Part shown: positions 18,536 through 29,572 of the stretch, piece after piece | Layout of the letters: the number at the start of each line of letters is the position of its first letter | Position numbering within the stretch: position 1 is the stretch's first letter | From: Bacilli bacterium | GTDB taxonomy: Bacteria > Bacillota_I > Bacilli_A > ML615J-28 > CAG-698 | DNA length: 64,000 bases | Assembly (NCBI GenBank): GCA_050953065.1 | Contig: JBMNLZ010000001.1 | Span: 96,001-160,000, forward strand | Reading direction: 5' to 3' | Notes under the pieces: model-generated | Seen by the model: only the letters and a program-made list of their open reading frames with translations | Told to the model about the DNA's origin: nothing | Databases searched by the model: none | Position numbers and translations under genes: made by a program

Positions 18536-19546
18536 ATGATTTCAAAACGTCAACAAATAATATTAAAAGCTATCGTTGAAGAATTTGTAAAAACTGCTGA
18601 ACCTGTTGGATCAAAGGTAATTTCAAAAATGAAAGGTTTAGAACTTTCTTCTGCGACTATTAGAAATGAAATGGTCGTTTTGGAAGAAGAAGGTTTAATT
18701 TTAAAAACACATACATCAAGTGGCAGAGTGCCTTCTGAAAAAGGTTATCGTTTATATGTTAAATTACTTTTAGAAAATAAAGATTATAAAAAAACAACCT
18801 TTCCTATAATAGATCAAATTTTTACAAACGCTAATATTAGTAGAGAAGATGCTATTAAAGAAACAATGGCTAAAGTGACGGAATTGACCAATTATACAAC
18901 GCTAGTATTAGGAGCTTCTGGCTATAACTCGATAATTAAAAAATTAGAATTTATAAAAATAAACGAAAACCAAGCTGTTTTAATTTTAGTAACAGATAAA
19001 GGCTATGTAGAAAGCAAAAAAATATATATTCCAGATTCTTTAAATGCTACTGATTTAGAAAAAATCACCAAAATATTAAATGAGATTTTGTATGATTGTC
19101 CTATATTTGATATAGATAGAACATTAAATAAAAAAATTGGTGAAGAAAGTATCAGAAATGCACTAGAATATTATGATGAAATAGTTGGCGTTTTAGTAAG
19201 AACATTTACACAAATGGCTCAGGATAAATATTTTTTATCGGGTCAAAGTAATATATTAAAAGAACCGGAATTTAAAGATCCTGATAAAATGAAATTATTA
19301 TTAGACGCAATTGAAAACCAAGAGATTTTACGCGTAGTGAATTTGAACGAAGATGGTGTTACTGTAAAAATAGGGACAGAAAATATTATTGAAGCAATGC
19401 ATGATTGTACCGTTATAACTATTCCTTTTGAAGATAATGAGGGAGAAAAAGGAGCAATTGCAGTAATTGGTCCAACTAGAATGGAATATTATAAAATTAT
19501 CCCATTATTAGAATACATTGCAAAAAATATAAAAAATATAAAGTGA
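18536..19546 (+). CDS. hrcA: heat-inducible transcriptional repressor HrcA
   Basis: EPVGSK, SSATIRNEM, HTSSGRVPS, IGPTRMEY; SD GGAGG before ATG 18536. Confidence 0.97.
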   Translation: MISKRQQIILKAIVEEFVKTAEPVGSKVISKMKGLELSSATIRNEMVVLEEEGLILKTHTSSGRVPSEKGYRLYVKLLLENKDYKKTTFPIIDQIFTNANISREDAIKETMAKVTELTNYTTLVLGASGYNSIIKKLEFIKINENQAVLILVTDKGYVESKKIYIPDSLNATDLEKITKILNEILYDCPIFDIDRTLNKKIGEESIRNALEYYDEIVGVLVRTFTQMAQDKYFLSGQSNILKEPEFKDPDKMKLLLDAIENQEILRVVNLNEDGVTVKIGTENIIEAMHDCTVITIPFEDNEGEKGAIAVIGPTRMEYYKIIPLLEYIAKNIKNIK

Positions 19547-19553
19547 GGCAACT

Positions 19554-20105
19554 ATGAAAAAAGAAAAGAAGTTTAATGAAGAAGTTGATGCAGTTAATGA
19601 ATCGGAAAGTTTAGATGATAAATGTGAAGACGTTAATGTGATTGCTCAATTAGAAGAAGAATTATCTAAAACAAAAAATGATTATTTTAAAGTTTTAGCT
19701 GAAATGGAGAATTTTAAAAAAAGAACTAATGAAGAAAGGATACGAGAAAGAAAATATGCCTCTCAAGGATTAATTGAAAAATTGATAGGTATTATAGATG
19801 TTTTTGATCAAGTATATAGTATTAAAACTGACGATGAAAAAGTTAAAAACTTTTTAAACGGTTTTATTATGTTAAACAATTCTTTTAAACAAATTCTTGA
19901 AGAAGAAGGAGTTAAGGAAATAGTTTCAAAAAATCAGGTTTTTGATCCAAGATATCATGATGCTATTGAAACTGATTGTGATATAAATTGTGAAGATAAT
20001 CTTGTATTGGAAGAATTAAGAAAAGGATATATGTTTAAAGATAGAGTGTTAAGACCATCAATGGTAAAAGTAAATAAAGTAATTAAGGAGGAAAATAATG
20101 AGTAA
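19554..20105 (+). CDS. grpE: nucleotide exchange factor GrpE
   Basis: [33 protein letters not shown]. Confidence 0.97.
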   Translation: MKKEKKFNEEVDAVNESESLDDKCEDVNVIAQLEEELSKTKNDYFKVLAEMENFKKRTNEERIRERKYASQGLIEKLIGIIDVFDQVYSIKTDDEKVKNFLNGFIMLNNSFKQILEEEGVKEIVSKNQVFDPRYHDAIETDCDINCEDNLVLEELRKGYMFKDRVLRPSMVKVNKVIKEENNE

Positions 20106-21927
20106 AATAATAGGAATTGATTTTGGAACTACAAATTCATGTGTAGCTGTTATGGAAGGCAGCGAAGCAAAAGTTATAGCTAATGCTGAGGGGGGAAGAA
20201 CTACTCCGTCAGTTGTAGCTTTTAAAGATGATGAAATACAAGTTGGAGATATAGCTAAAAGACAAGCAATAACTAATTTAAACACTGTTTCATCTATTAA
20301 AAGAATGATTGGCTCAAACGAAAGTGTCAATATTAATGGTAAAAAATATACACCACAAGAAATTTCTGCGATGATTATGCAAAATTTAAAAGCAACTGCA
20401 GAAAGTTATTTAGGTGAAAAAGTAAGTGCTGCTGTTATTACAGTACCAGCTTATTTTAATGATGCACAAAGACAAGCTACTAAGGACGCAGGACGAATTG
20501 CTGGACTTGAAGTTAAAAGAATTATTAACGAGCCAACTGCTGCTGCATTAGCTTATGGTATTGATAAAACTGATAAAGCTCAAACTATTTTAGTTTATGA
20601 TTTAGGGGGAGGAACTTTTGATGTTTCGATACTACAATTAGATGATGGTACTTTTGAAGTTATATCAACTGCTGGTGAAAACAAATTAGGTGGAGATGAC
20701 TTTGATGATGTAGTAATGAATTATTTGATTGCTGAATTTAAGAAGATAGAAGGTATTGATTTAAGTAAAGATAAAATGGCTTTACAAAGATTAAAAGATG
20801 CTTCAGAAAGAGCGAAAAAAGAACTAAGTGGGACTGTAAAAACAGAAGTTAGTTTACCGTTTATTTCGGTTGGTGTTAATGGACCTGTTCATTTAAATAT
20901 TTCTTTAACAAGAGCTAAATTTGATGAGTTAACTGCTCATTTAGTAGAAAAAACAATTGGTCCTGTTAGACAAGCTTTAAAAGATGCTAAAATGACACCA
21001 AAAGATATTGATCAAGTTTTATTAGTTGGTGGATCTACAAGAATTCCTGCTGTTCAAGAATTAATCAAAAAAGAACTAGGTAAAGAACCAAATAAAAGTG
21101 TAAATCCAGATGAAGTAGTTGCGATGGGTGCGGCGATCCAAGCAGGTGTTTTAAGTGGTGATGTAAAAGATATACTTTTATTAGATGTAACACCATTATC
21201 ATTAGGAATAGAAACTTTAGGTGGTGTGTTTACAAAATTAATTGAAAGAAATACAACTATTCCAGTTTCAAAGTCACAAGTTTTCTCAACAGCTTCGGAT
21301 AATCAACCTGCTGTAGATATTCATGTTTTACAAGGTGAAAGACCAATGGCTGCTAATAATAAAACATTAGGAAGATTTCAATTAGGTGATATTCCGCCTG
21401 CACCAAGAGGGGTACCTCAAATAGAAGTTACTTTTGACATTGATGTTAATGGAATTGTTAACGTTAGTGCAAAAGATTTAGGCACTGGAAAGAGTCAAAA
21501 GATTACAATTCAAGATAATACAGGTCTTAGCGAAGCTGAAATTGAAAGAATGGTAAAAGAAGCTGAAGATAATGCTGAAGCAGATAAAGCACGTAAAGAT
21601 GAAGCTGATTTAAGAAATGAAAGTGAACAAATAATATTTGCTACTAAAAAAGCTTTAACTGATTTAGAAAAAGAAATAACAGCTGAAGAAAAAGCAGAAG
21701 TTGAAAATAAAATATCTAAATTAGAAGAAGCACTAAAAAATTCTGATTTAGATTCAATTAAAAATGCTAAAGAAGAATTAATTAAGGCAAGTCAAGGAAT
21801 TGCTACTAAAGCATATCAAAAAGCTCAACAAACAGCCCAAGCAAATGGCGCTAGTAATTCAAATGAAGAAGATGATGGAGCTGTTAAGGGTGAATTTGTA
21901 GAAGAAGATGAAAATGAAAATCAATAG
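20098..21927 (+). CDS. dnaK: chaperone DnaK
   Basis: [33 protein letters not shown]. Confidence 0.99.
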   Translation: MSKIIGIDFGTTNSCVAVMEGSEAKVIANAEGGRTTPSVVAFKDDEIQVGDIAKRQAITNLNTVSSIKRMIGSNESVNINGKKYTPQEISAMIMQNLKATAESYLGEKVSAAVITVPAYFNDAQRQATKDAGRIAGLEVKRIINEPTAAALAYGIDKTDKAQTILVYDLGGGTFDVSILQLDDGTFEVISTAGENKLGGDDFDDVVMNYLIAEFKKIEGIDLSKDKMALQRLKDASERAKKELSGTVKTEVSLPFISVGVNGPVHLNISLTRAKFDELTAHLVEKTIGPVRQALKDAKMTPKDIDQVLLVGGSTRIPAVQELIKKELGKEPNKSVNPDEVVAMGAAIQAGVLSGDVKDILLLDVTPLSLGIETLGGVFTKLIERNTTIPVSKSQVFSTASDNQPAVDIHVLQGERPMAANNKTLGRFQLGDIPPAPRGVPQIEVTFDIDVNGIVNVSAKDLGTGKSQKITIQDNTGLSEAEIERMVKEAEDNAEADKARKDEADLRNESEQIIFATKKALTDLEKEITAEEKAEVENKISKLEEALKNSDLDSIKNAKEELIKASQGIATKAYQKAQQTAQANGASNSNEEDDGAVKGEFVEEDENENQ

Positions 21928-21942
21928 AAAGGCTAAAAAAAT

Positions 21943-23055
21943 ATGGCCAAAAGAGATTATTATGAGGTTTTAGGTGTAAAGAAAAATGCTTCTGAAGAAG
22001 AAATTAAAAAAGCGTATAGAACGCTTGCAAAAAAATATCATCCAGATGTAAGCAACAATCCTAAAGCTTCTGAGTTATTTAAAGAAGTTAATGAAGCTTA
22101 TGAAGTATTAAAAGATCCACAAAAAAGAGCACAGTATGATCAGTTTGGTCATGATGGTCCAAAAATGGGAAGTGGTTTTGGCTCTGGATTTGAAGGCTTT
22201 GGAAACTTTGGCGGTTTTGAAGATTTATTTTCATCATTTTTTGGTGGTGGTAGTAGATCAAGAGCAAGTTCAAGTGGCCCAAGAAGAGGAAGAGACTTGC
22301 GTGTCAATCTTGTAATATCTTTTGAAGAGGCAGCTTTTGGTATCGAAAAAGAAATTAGTATAACTAAGTTAGAAACTTGTACGGATTGTAGTGGTACTGG
22401 TGCTGAATCAAAAAACGATGTAGAAACTTGTCAAAGATGTAAGGGGTCTGGAAAAATTTTAAATACACAAAATACGATTTTTGGAAAAGTTCAAACTGAA
22501 ACAAGTTGTCCTGAATGTAATGGAACGGGGAAAAAGATTAAAAGAGCATGTAAAAAATGTAATGGTGCTGGAAGAGTTAAAAACACTCCAAAAATTAAAA
22601 TTAAAATCCCAGCAGGAATAGATGATGGGCAAACAATTAGATTTCCAAATTATGGTGAAGCAGGTCCAAATGGAGGACCTAATGGCGATTTATTAGTTAG
22701 CGTTTCTGTTCAAAATCATGAATTTTTTATGAGAGAAGGTTTAAATATTTTCTTAGAATTACCGATAACTTTTTCTCAAGCGGCTTTAGGAACAAATATT
22801 TCTGTTCCGACTATACATGGTAATGTTATTTTAAAAATTCCAGCTGGTACGCAAACAGGTGCAAAGTTTAGAATTAGTGGAAAAGGTATAAGTAGCGAAA
22901 GATCTGGAACACAAGGGCATCAATATGTAATAGTTAACATTAAAACTCCTACAAAACTTTCAAATGAACAAAAAGAACTATTTACTAAATTGTCAAAAAC
23001 AGATGAAACAAGCGACAGTTTTTTTACAAAGTTTAAAAACTTTTTTAAATCATAA
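21943..23055 (+). CDS. dnaJ: chaperone DnaJ
   Basis: HPD J-domain, G/F region, four CxxCxGxG repeats. Confidence 0.99.
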   Translation: MAKRDYYEVLGVKKNASEEEIKKAYRTLAKKYHPDVSNNPKASELFKEVNEAYEVLKDPQKRAQYDQFGHDGPKMGSGFGSGFEGFGNFGGFEDLFSSFFGGGSRSRASSSGPRRGRDLRVNLVISFEEAAFGIEKEISITKLETCTDCSGTGAESKNDVETCQRCKGSGKILNTQNTIFGKVQTETSCPECNGTGKKIKRACKKCNGAGRVKNTPKIKIKIPAGIDDGQTIRFPNYGEAGPNGGPNGDLLVSVSVQNHEFFMREGLNIFLELPITFSQAALGTNISVPTIHGNVILKIPAGTQTGAKFRISGKGISSERSGTQGHQYVIVNIKTPTKLSNEQKELFTKLSKTDETSDSFFTKFKNFFKS

Positions 23056-23086
23056 AAATAAGCTCAGAAATGAGCTTATTTATTTT
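23056..23086 (+). terminator. intrinsic terminator after dnaJ
   Basis: AAATAAGCTCA-GAAA-TGAGCTTATTT then T-rich tail. Confidence 0.85.
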
Positions 23087-23140
23087 AATTGAAAAAAAAC
23101 TGTGATTAAGTTATAATAATATAGATAGTGAGAGGTTATT

Positions 23141-23887
23141 ATGCAAAGATATTTTATTAATGAAGAAGATTTTTTTGAAACACATGCTTATATAAAAGGA
23201 CAAGATGTCCATCATATAAGAAATGTTATGAGAATGAAAGAAAATGATTATATAAATATAGTTTTGAATTCAAAAGAATATAATTCGAAAATAGAAAGAA
23301 TTGAAAAAGATTTGGTTGAAGTTATTATAATTAAAGAAATTGAAAATGATAGTGAATTAAAAACTAAAATAACAATTGCTCATGGTTTAGTAAGAAAAGA
23401 AAAAATGGATTTAGTAGTTAAAATTATTTCTGAAATTGGAGTTTATGCCTATTACCCAGTTCTAATGCAAAGAATAAACGTAAAATTTGACAGAAATAAA
23501 GAATTTAAAATGGATAGATATAAAACAATTGCAAAAGAAGCTTCGGAATTATCAAATAGAACTGAAATTACTAAGATTTTTCAGCCAATATCCTTTGATC
23601 AATTAATTGGAAAATCAGTTTTCTTTGATCTTTGTTTAGTAGCTTATGAAAACGAAACTAATTATGATGCTTTTAAAAACATACTAGATGAGTTCAAAGG
23701 CAAAAACATACTCATAGTAATTGGTCCTGAAGGTGGATTTGATGAAAAAGAAGTTACTGTATTAAAAAATAATAATTTCAAATTTGTTAGTTTAGGGAAA
23801 AGAATTTTAAGTACGGTTTCTGCTCCAATTGTTGCTGCTAGTATACTTTCATTTTATTTAGAAAATGGTAAAAAAAATGAAGATTAA
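23141..23887 (+). CDS. rsmE: 16S rRNA m3U1498 methyltransferase RsmE (divergent C-terminal motif)
   Basis: HHIRNVMRM, IGPEGGF, SLGKRIL; dnaJ-rsmE-mtaB synteny. Confidence 0.9.
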   Translation: MQRYFINEEDFFETHAYIKGQDVHHIRNVMRMKENDYINIVLNSKEYNSKIERIEKDLVEVIIIKEIENDSELKTKITIAHGLVRKEKMDLVVKIISEIGVYAYYPVLMQRINVKFDRNKEFKMDRYKTIAKEASELSNRTEITKIFQPISFDQLIGKSVFFDLCLVAYENETNYDAFKNILDEFKGKNILIVIGPEGGFDEKEVTVLKNNNFKFVSLGKRILSTVSAPIVAASILSFYLENGKKNED

Positions 23888-25184
23888 TTATTCTTCTTTA
23901 GGTTGTAAAGTAAATCTATATGAATGTGAAGCTTTAATAAATGTTTTTTTAAAAAACAATTTTGTTTTAAGTGAAAGTCAATTTAACAATGATGTTTATA
24001 TTGTTAATACTTGTTGTGTGACCAACAATTCTGAAATGAAAAGCAGAAAACTTATAAGACAAATTATTAAAAATAACCCTAATGCAATAATTGTAGTTAT
24101 GGGATGTTATTCGCAAATCAAACCAGATGAAATTGCAAAAATTGATAATGTTGATTTGATATTTGGTACAAATAATCGAAGCAAGATATTTGAAGAGGTT
24201 CAAAAAATCTTAGTTAATAAACAAGTTTTAAAACAAAATATTTCTAATATAAAAGATTTTAATAAATATGAGCTTTTAAAAATAGACAAGTTTATTGATA
24301 GAACAAGAGCTTTTGTAAAAATAGAAGATGGTTGTGAAAATTTTTGTAGTTATTGTATAATTCCTTATACGAGAGGGAAAATAAAAAGTCGTTGTCCAAA
24401 AGAAGTAATAGAAGAAGTTAGAAGATTGACACAAAATGGTATAAAAGAAATAGTTTTAATAGGTATTAATACAGGATGTTATGGCGATGATTTAGGTAAT
24501 ATATCCTTAGAATTATTAATAAAAAGAATTATAACTGAGATTCCAGGAGAGTATAGATTAAGAATTTCATCTATTGAGATAACTAAAATTACAGATGGTC
24601 TAATTAATCTAATGAAAACTTATCCTAAAAAAATATGTAATCATTTACATATTCCATTACAATCTGGAAATGAAAGAATTTTAGAGTTGATGAATCGAAA
24701 ATATGATTTTGCTTTTTTTGAAAATAAAATTTTTGAAATTAGAAAAAATTTACCTAACATTAATATAACTACGGATATTATTGTAGGTTTTCCTACAGAA
24801 ACAAATGAAGAGTTTTTAGATACATATAATAAAACTATTAGATTGAAGTTTGGTGAAATGCATGTTTTTATTTTTTCTAAACGTAAAGGCACTAAGGCAG
24901 CTTTGCTTGAATATAATTTAAATTCAATTGAGATTAAGCAAAGATCAAAAAAAATAATTGAATTGTCAAAAAAAATGGCCTTGGATTATCGAAAAGAATG
25001 TAAGGATACTGTCTATAATGTTTTAATAGAAAAAATTATAGATAATAAATGTATAGGACATACAGAAAATTATTTGTTAACTGAATTTAAAAATAATAAT
25101 TTTAAAATTAATCAAATTGTACAGATTAAAATAAAAGAAGCGTCTTATCCGATTTCTAAGGGAGAAAGTTATGAAATTCACTGA
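23877..25184 (+). CDS. mtaB: tRNA t6A37 methylthiotransferase MtaB
   Basis: LGCKVNLYE, NTCCVT, MGCYSQ, CENFCSYC radical-SAM motif, DIIVGFP. Confidence 0.93.
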   Translation: MKINYSSLGCKVNLYECEALINVFLKNNFVLSESQFNNDVYIVNTCCVTNNSEMKSRKLIRQIIKNNPNAIIVVMGCYSQIKPDEIAKIDNVDLIFGTNNRSKIFEEVQKILVNKQVLKQNISNIKDFNKYELLKIDKFIDRTRAFVKIEDGCENFCSYCIIPYTRGKIKSRCPKEVIEEVRRLTQNGIKEIVLIGINTGCYGDDLGNISLELLIKRIITEIPGEYRLRISSIEITKITDGLINLMKTYPKKICNHLHIPLQSGNERILELMNRKYDFAFFENKIFEIRKNLPNINITTDIIVGFPTETNEEFLDTYNKTIRLKFGEMHVFIFSKRKGTKAALLEYNLNSIEIKQRSKKIIELSKKMALDYRKECKDTVYNVLIEKIIDNKCIGHTENYLLTEFKNNNFKINQIVQIKIKEASYPISKGESYEIH

Positions 25185-26493
25185 ATTAAAATTAAAGAAT
25201 GAAATTATTTCAGCTCTTGAAGGTATAAATTTTTATGAATTAACCGAAATTCAAGAAAAAATAATTCCTCAAGCATTAAAAGGAGTTAGTTTAATTGGAA
25301 AAAGTGAAACAGGAAGTGGCAAAACACATTCATTTTTAATACCTATTTTAGAAAAAAATATTGATAATCTTGAAGAAGTTCAATCTTTAATTATCGTTCC
25401 AACTAGGGAGTTGGCGTTGCAAATTTTTAATGAAATACAAAAAATAATTAGAGATTACAAAGTTAAACCGTTTGTAAAAACGTATATTGGTGGGGGTGAT
25501 CGCAGTAGTGAAATAGAAGAATTGAATAAAAAAGTTCCTAATATAATAATAGGAACTATTGGAAAACTTAAAGATTTAGTAACTGATAATAATTTAATAA
25601 ATATTTATACTGTTAAAACATTAGTAATCGATGAAGCTGATATGGTTTTTGAAAACGATAATATTGAATCTTTAGATTTAATTTTATCTAGAATGTCCAA
25701 TGATTTTCAAATTTTAATTTTTTCTGCAACTATTTCTAAACAAATTATTGCTTTTACAAATAAATATTTTAAAAAAATTGAAACTGTTGATTTAGTAAAA
25801 AATAAAATTTCAAAAAGTGAAATTAAACATTATTTTATTCCTGTTAAGAATTCAAATAAGTATGATTTATTATTAAATGTAATGAGTACGATTAATCCAT
25901 ATTTAGCTATTATATTTGCTAATACAAAAGAAGAAGTGAATAATGTATATGGTTTTTTAGTATCAAAAAAAGTAAGTGTAGCTTTATTAACTGGCGATTT
26001 AGAATCCAGAGAGAGAAGAAAACTTATAAAAAGGGTGCAAAATGGCGAATTTCAATACTTGGTAGCTAGTGATATTGCCTCGCGCGGAATTGATATTGAG
26101 GGAGTATCCCATATTATTAATTTTGAACTTCCTTCTGATATAGACTTCTATATTCATAGAACAGGGCGAACTGCTAGATATGATTCAAGTGGAATTGCGA
26201 TTTCGTTATATGATTTTTCTGACGATGTTTATATTAAAAAGTTAAATGAAAAAAAACTTGATTGTATATTTAAAGTTGTTAAAAGCGGAGTTTTAGTAGA
26301 TTATAAAAATCCGTTTGCAACAAAAGTTAGACAAAGAAAGTTTGAAAGTGAAATACATAGTAAATATCCAGTGCCTAAAAAAGTAAAGCCGAATTATAAA
26401 AAGAAACGTAAGGAAAAAATTAATCGTGAAATTAGAAAAGAAAAAAGACAGTTAATTGATAAAAAATATAAGTCAATAAATAATAAAAAATGA
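25171..26493 (+). CDS. cshB: DEAD-box RNA helicase (CshB-like)
   Basis: TGSGKT, PTRELA, DEAD, SAT, HRTGRTAR, C-terminal KKVKPNYKKK. Confidence 0.88.
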   Translation: MKFTELKLKNEIISALEGINFYELTEIQEKIIPQALKGVSLIGKSETGSGKTHSFLIPILEKNIDNLEEVQSLIIVPTRELALQIFNEIQKIIRDYKVKPFVKTYIGGGDRSSEIEELNKKVPNIIIGTIGKLKDLVTDNNLINIYTVKTLVIDEADMVFENDNIESLDLILSRMSNDFQILIFSATISKQIIAFTNKYFKKIETVDLVKNKISKSEIKHYFIPVKNSNKYDLLLNVMSTINPYLAIIFANTKEEVNNVYGFLVSKKVSVALLTGDLESRERRKLIKRVQNGEFQYLVASDIASRGIDIEGVSHIINFELPSDIDFYIHRTGRTARYDSSGIAISLYDFSDDVYIKKLNEKKLDCIFKVVKSGVLVDYKNPFATKVRQRKFESEIHSKYPVPKKVKPNYKKKRKEKINREIRKEKRQLIDKKYKSINNKK

Positions 26494-26523
26494 TATTCAT
26501 ATTAAGTAAATGAATATCATTTT
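26487..26523. terminator. bidirectional terminator between convergent cshB and ispG
   Basis: AAAATGATATTCAT-9 nt-ATGAATATCATTTT. Confidence 0.75.
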
Positions 26524-26527
26524 ATTT

Positions 26528-27577
26528 TTAAATCATTTTAATAATTTCATCTTTTAAAGTGTTTTCTATTTCATCCATAGTAAGTTTTTTAACGATTATA
26601 CCTTTTTTGAATAAAACAGCACAATTATCTCCACCTGCAATTCCTATATCAGCTTCTTTAGCTTCGCCAGGCCCATTTACCACACAACCCATTATAGCAA
26701 CTTTAATTTTAGTTCTAGGTAATGTATCTAAAAACTTTTCAATTGAATCAAGAATTTTTAGCATATCAAATTGAGTTCTACCGCAAGTAGGACAACTAAT
26801 CAATTCGTAACCTTGGATTAGATTCATATTTTTTAATATTTCTTTAGCAACTTTTACTTCGTATATTGGATTATGTGATAAGGATATTCGCAAAGTATCA
26901 CCTATTCCATAATTCAAAATAGAAGATATTCCGATTGTTGATTTTACACACCCATTTACTAAAGGTCCTGATTCAGTAATTCCTAAATGTAGGGGATAAG
27001 GAAAAATTTCGCTAGCTTTTTTATATGCTTCAATTGTTTGGTTGATATTAGATGATTTTAAAGAAATTATTATATTAAAAAAATTAAAAGATTCTAGAAT
27101 CTCGACATTTTTCTTAGCACTTTTAATCATTGCATCAGATATTGAAGTATTTTTATTTAGAATATTCTTTTCTAAAGAGCCTGCATTTATGCCAATTCGG
27201 ATTGGGATTTTTTTTTCTTTACACTTTTCAACTAATATTTTTATTTTAGTAACATCTCCAATATTACCAGGATTGATTCTTAGTTTGTCAATGCCGTTTT
27301 CAATAGCAATCAACGCTAACTTATAATCAAAATGAATATCAGCAACTAAAGGAATTGATATGTTTTGTTTTATTTCTTTAACTGCATTAGCATCAATTTC
27401 ATCTAGTATGGCTATTCTAACTATATCGCAACCTATAGATTGTAATTCTTTAATTTGTTCAATAGTTTTTTGTATATTTTTTGTAGGGGTATTTGTCATA
27501 CTTTGTATAGATATAGGGTTCCCCCCGCCTATTAAAATATTCCCAACTTTTATAACTCTAGTGTTTTCTCTTAGCAT
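26528..27577 (-). CDS. ispG: HMBPP synthase IspG (MEP pathway)
   Basis: IQSMTNT, PLVADIHF, RINPGNIG, SCPTCGR, MGCVVNGPGE. Confidence 0.98.
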   Translation of the reverse strand: MLRENTRVIKVGNILIGGGNPISIQSMTNTPTKNIQKTIEQIKELQSIGCDIVRIAILDEIDANAVKEIKQNISIPLVADIHFDYKLALIAIENGIDKLRINPGNIGDVTKIKILVEKCKEKKIPIRIGINAGSLEKNILNKNTSISDAMIKSAKKNVEILESFNFFNIIISLKSSNINQTIEAYKKASEIFPYPLHLGITESGPLVNGCVKSTIGISSILNYGIGDTLRISLSHNPIYEVKVAKEILKNMNLIQGYELISCPTCGRTQFDMLKILDSIEKFLDTLPRTKIKVAIMGCVVNGPGEAKEADIGIAGGDNCAVLFKKGIIVKKLTMDEIENTLKDEIIKMI

Positions 27578-27584
27578 TTAATCC

Positions 27585-27998
27585 TCATTTTTTAATATTC
27601 CTTTTTCTTTGTGGAGAGCGAATTCTTTTTTGTCTAAGAATATTGTATATAGTACTTCTAGACATAGTATAGCCTTTTTCTTCTTGAATAACTTTTGAAA
27701 ATTGCGTAAAATTCATACCTTTATAATTTTTTCTATAGGTAGAAGCTATATCTTGTCTAATTTCTTCATCATAAGTATTAATTGGCTTATTGAATCTATT
27801 TTTATGTATAATTCCCATATCGCCATTTAATAAAATTTCACGTTTTAAGTTTCTAATTTGTCTAGGAGTCACCTTAAGCATTTTGGCAGCTTTAGGCCCA
27901 TTAATTTCTTTGTTGATTAATCGTTTAATAACTCGTAGTTTTTTTCTCTCTTCTTTAGTTAATTTTGGTTGTTTTACTTTAATTACATATGAATTCAT
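27585..27998 (-). CDS. HTH protein resembling the N-terminal DNA-binding region of ISNCY/IS481-type transposases, no catalytic domain
   Basis: AAKMLKVTPRQIRNLK, GIIHKNR, YKGMNFTQF, SRSTIYNIL; SD GAGGTG before ATG 27998; ends 7 nt before ispG. Confidence 0.75.
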   Translation of the reverse strand: MNSYVIKVKQPKLTKEERKKLRVIKRLINKEINGPKAAKMLKVTPRQIRNLKREILLNGDMGIIHKNRFNKPINTYDEEIRQDIASTYRKNYKGMNFTQFSKVIQEEKGYTMSRSTIYNILRQKRIRSPQRKRNIKK

Positions 27999-28091
27999 TT
28001 TACACCTCGTTAATATTATATTTAATATGATAACACAAATGTTAAAAAAAATCAACTTTTAAATATGTCATCAAATAATACATTAAAAATG

Positions 28092-28120
28092 TTGCAAAAA
28101 AACTAATTTTGTTATATAAT
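28092..28120 (+). promoter_or_regulatory. promoter of rpmG
   Basis: TTGCAA-17 nt-TATAAT. Confidence 0.75.
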
Positions 28121-28149
28121 AATTTAGATAAATATTTTAGGAGGAAAAC

Positions 28150-28305
28150 ATGCGAGTTACTTTTTTGATGAGATGTACTGTATGTGGAGAAGAAAACTAT
28201 TTAACTGAAAAGAATAAAAAAACTACTCCTGATAGATTGGAACAAAATAAATTTTGCCCAAAATGTCGTAAACAAACATTACATAAAGAAAAAACGAAAA
28301 AATAA
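28150..28305 (+). CDS. rpmG: 50S ribosomal protein L33 (Zn-binding form), 51 aa, absent from ORF track
   Basis: Manual translation MRVTFLMRCTVCGEENYLTEKNKKTTPDRLEQNKFCPKCRKQTLHKEKTKK; SD AGGAGG. Confidence 0.97.
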   Translation: MRVTFLMRCTVCGEENYLTEKNKKTTPDRLEQNKFCPKCRKQTLHKEKTKK

Positions 28306-28328
28306 AAAGGCATCTTAAATGCCTTTTT
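28304..28328. terminator. bidirectional terminator rpmG/rarA
   Basis: AAAAAGGCAT-CTTAA-ATGCCTTTTT. Confidence 0.85.
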
Positions 28329-29553
28329 ATTTTGTTTTTAACTTCTCAATAATTTCATAGCGCTCTTTTAATGATTCTTCATATTTTGAAGTAGTTTTTG
28401 GGGTATAATATTTTTTATTTTTTATTTCATTAGGTAAATATTGTTGATCTACCCAGGCACCAGGAAAATCATGTGGGTATTGATAACTTTTTTGATTAGG
28501 GAATTGTGAAGACATTATTTTTAAATGTATTGGCAAAGGTCCCGAATTTCCTTTTTCAAGATCTTCTATAGCACTTGAAATAGCTAAATATGCGCTATTA
28601 GATTTGGGTGATAAAGCCATTTCAATTACTATTACTGATAAAGGTAGCCTTGCTTCAGGCATTCCCAGTTCTAAAGTAGCGTCAACTGCAGCTTTTAGTT
28701 TAGGACCTAAATTAGGGTTTGCAAGACCTATATCTTCATAGCAAATTGCGTATAGTCGTCTAATTAGAGGTAATAAATCATCAGCAAAAAGAAGTTTAGC
28801 TAGATAATGAAGACTTGCATGGACATCGCTACCCCTAATAGACTTTTGTAAGCCGCTAAGAGTCTCATAGTAATTGTCTTCGTTTTTATCTATATTTAGA
28901 GAAGGTAATAGAAGTAGTGATTTTACATTTTCTAGTGTTAAAGTAGTAGAATTATAGTCTAAAAAAATTAGTTCAATATTATTTAACAAAGTTCTAGCAT
29001 CACCATTTGATATACTGATTAAATAATCTTTTGCTTCATCAGTAATTATAGTATCCTTTGCAACTTCTTGTATACCTTTTATAAAAATTTCATTTAAATT
29101 TTCAGAACTTAAATCATTTAATTTAATTAAAATACATCTAGATCTAATTGCAGGATTGACTGAATGATAAGGATTTATAGTTGTAATTCCTATCATTGTT
29201 ATGATACCTTCCTCAATTATTGGTAAAAGATAATCTTGAACATCTTTCTTCATACGATGAAGTTCATCAATAATAACTATTTTATTAGTTTCATCGGCAG
29301 TATCAACAATTTTTTTTAACATCGCTTTGTTGTCAGTTGAAGCGTTGAAAACATGGTATGGTAAATTAAGTGAGTTGCATAAAGCAAAGGCTATGCTTGT
29401 TTTGCCTGTTCCAGGATTTCCAAATAATATCATTGACATTATTTTTCTAGATGATATCATTTTGTTTAATACTTTATTTTTACCAATAATGTGTTCTTGA
29501 CCAATAATATCTTCAATTTTTTTAGGACGTAATTTTACTGCTAAAGGTTCCAT
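28327..29553 (-). CDS. rarA: replication-associated recombination AAA+ ATPase RarA/MgsA
   Basis: PLAVKLRP, GNPGTGKT, IDELHR, KSIRGSD, EDIGLANP, YPHDF. Confidence 0.95.
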   Translation of the reverse strand: MEPLAVKLRPKKIEDIIGQEHIIGKNKVLNKMISSRKIMSMILFGNPGTGKTSIAFALCNSLNLPYHVFNASTDNKAMLKKIVDTADETNKIVIIDELHRMKKDVQDYLLPIIEEGIITMIGITTINPYHSVNPAIRSRCILIKLNDLSSENLNEIFIKGIQEVAKDTIITDEAKDYLISISNGDARTLLNNIELIFLDYNSTTLTLENVKSLLLLPSLNIDKNEDNYYETLSGLQKSIRGSDVHASLHYLAKLLFADDLLPLIRRLYAICYEDIGLANPNLGPKLKAAVDATLELGMPEARLPLSVIVIEMALSPKSNSAYLAISSAIEDLEKGNSGPLPIHLKIMSSQFPNQKSYQYPHDFPGAWVDQQYLPNEIKNKKYYTPKTTSKYEESLKERYEIIEKLKTK

Positions 29554-29572
29554 ATTTTTCTCCTGCTAAATA

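Noticed and set aside
22201-22260. GGN/TTT-rich repeats in dnaJ
   Set aside because: Normal G/F-rich linker of DnaJ
27585-28055. Intact insertion sequence
   Set aside because: No DDE domain, terminal inverted repeats or target duplication; reported as an HTH gene instead
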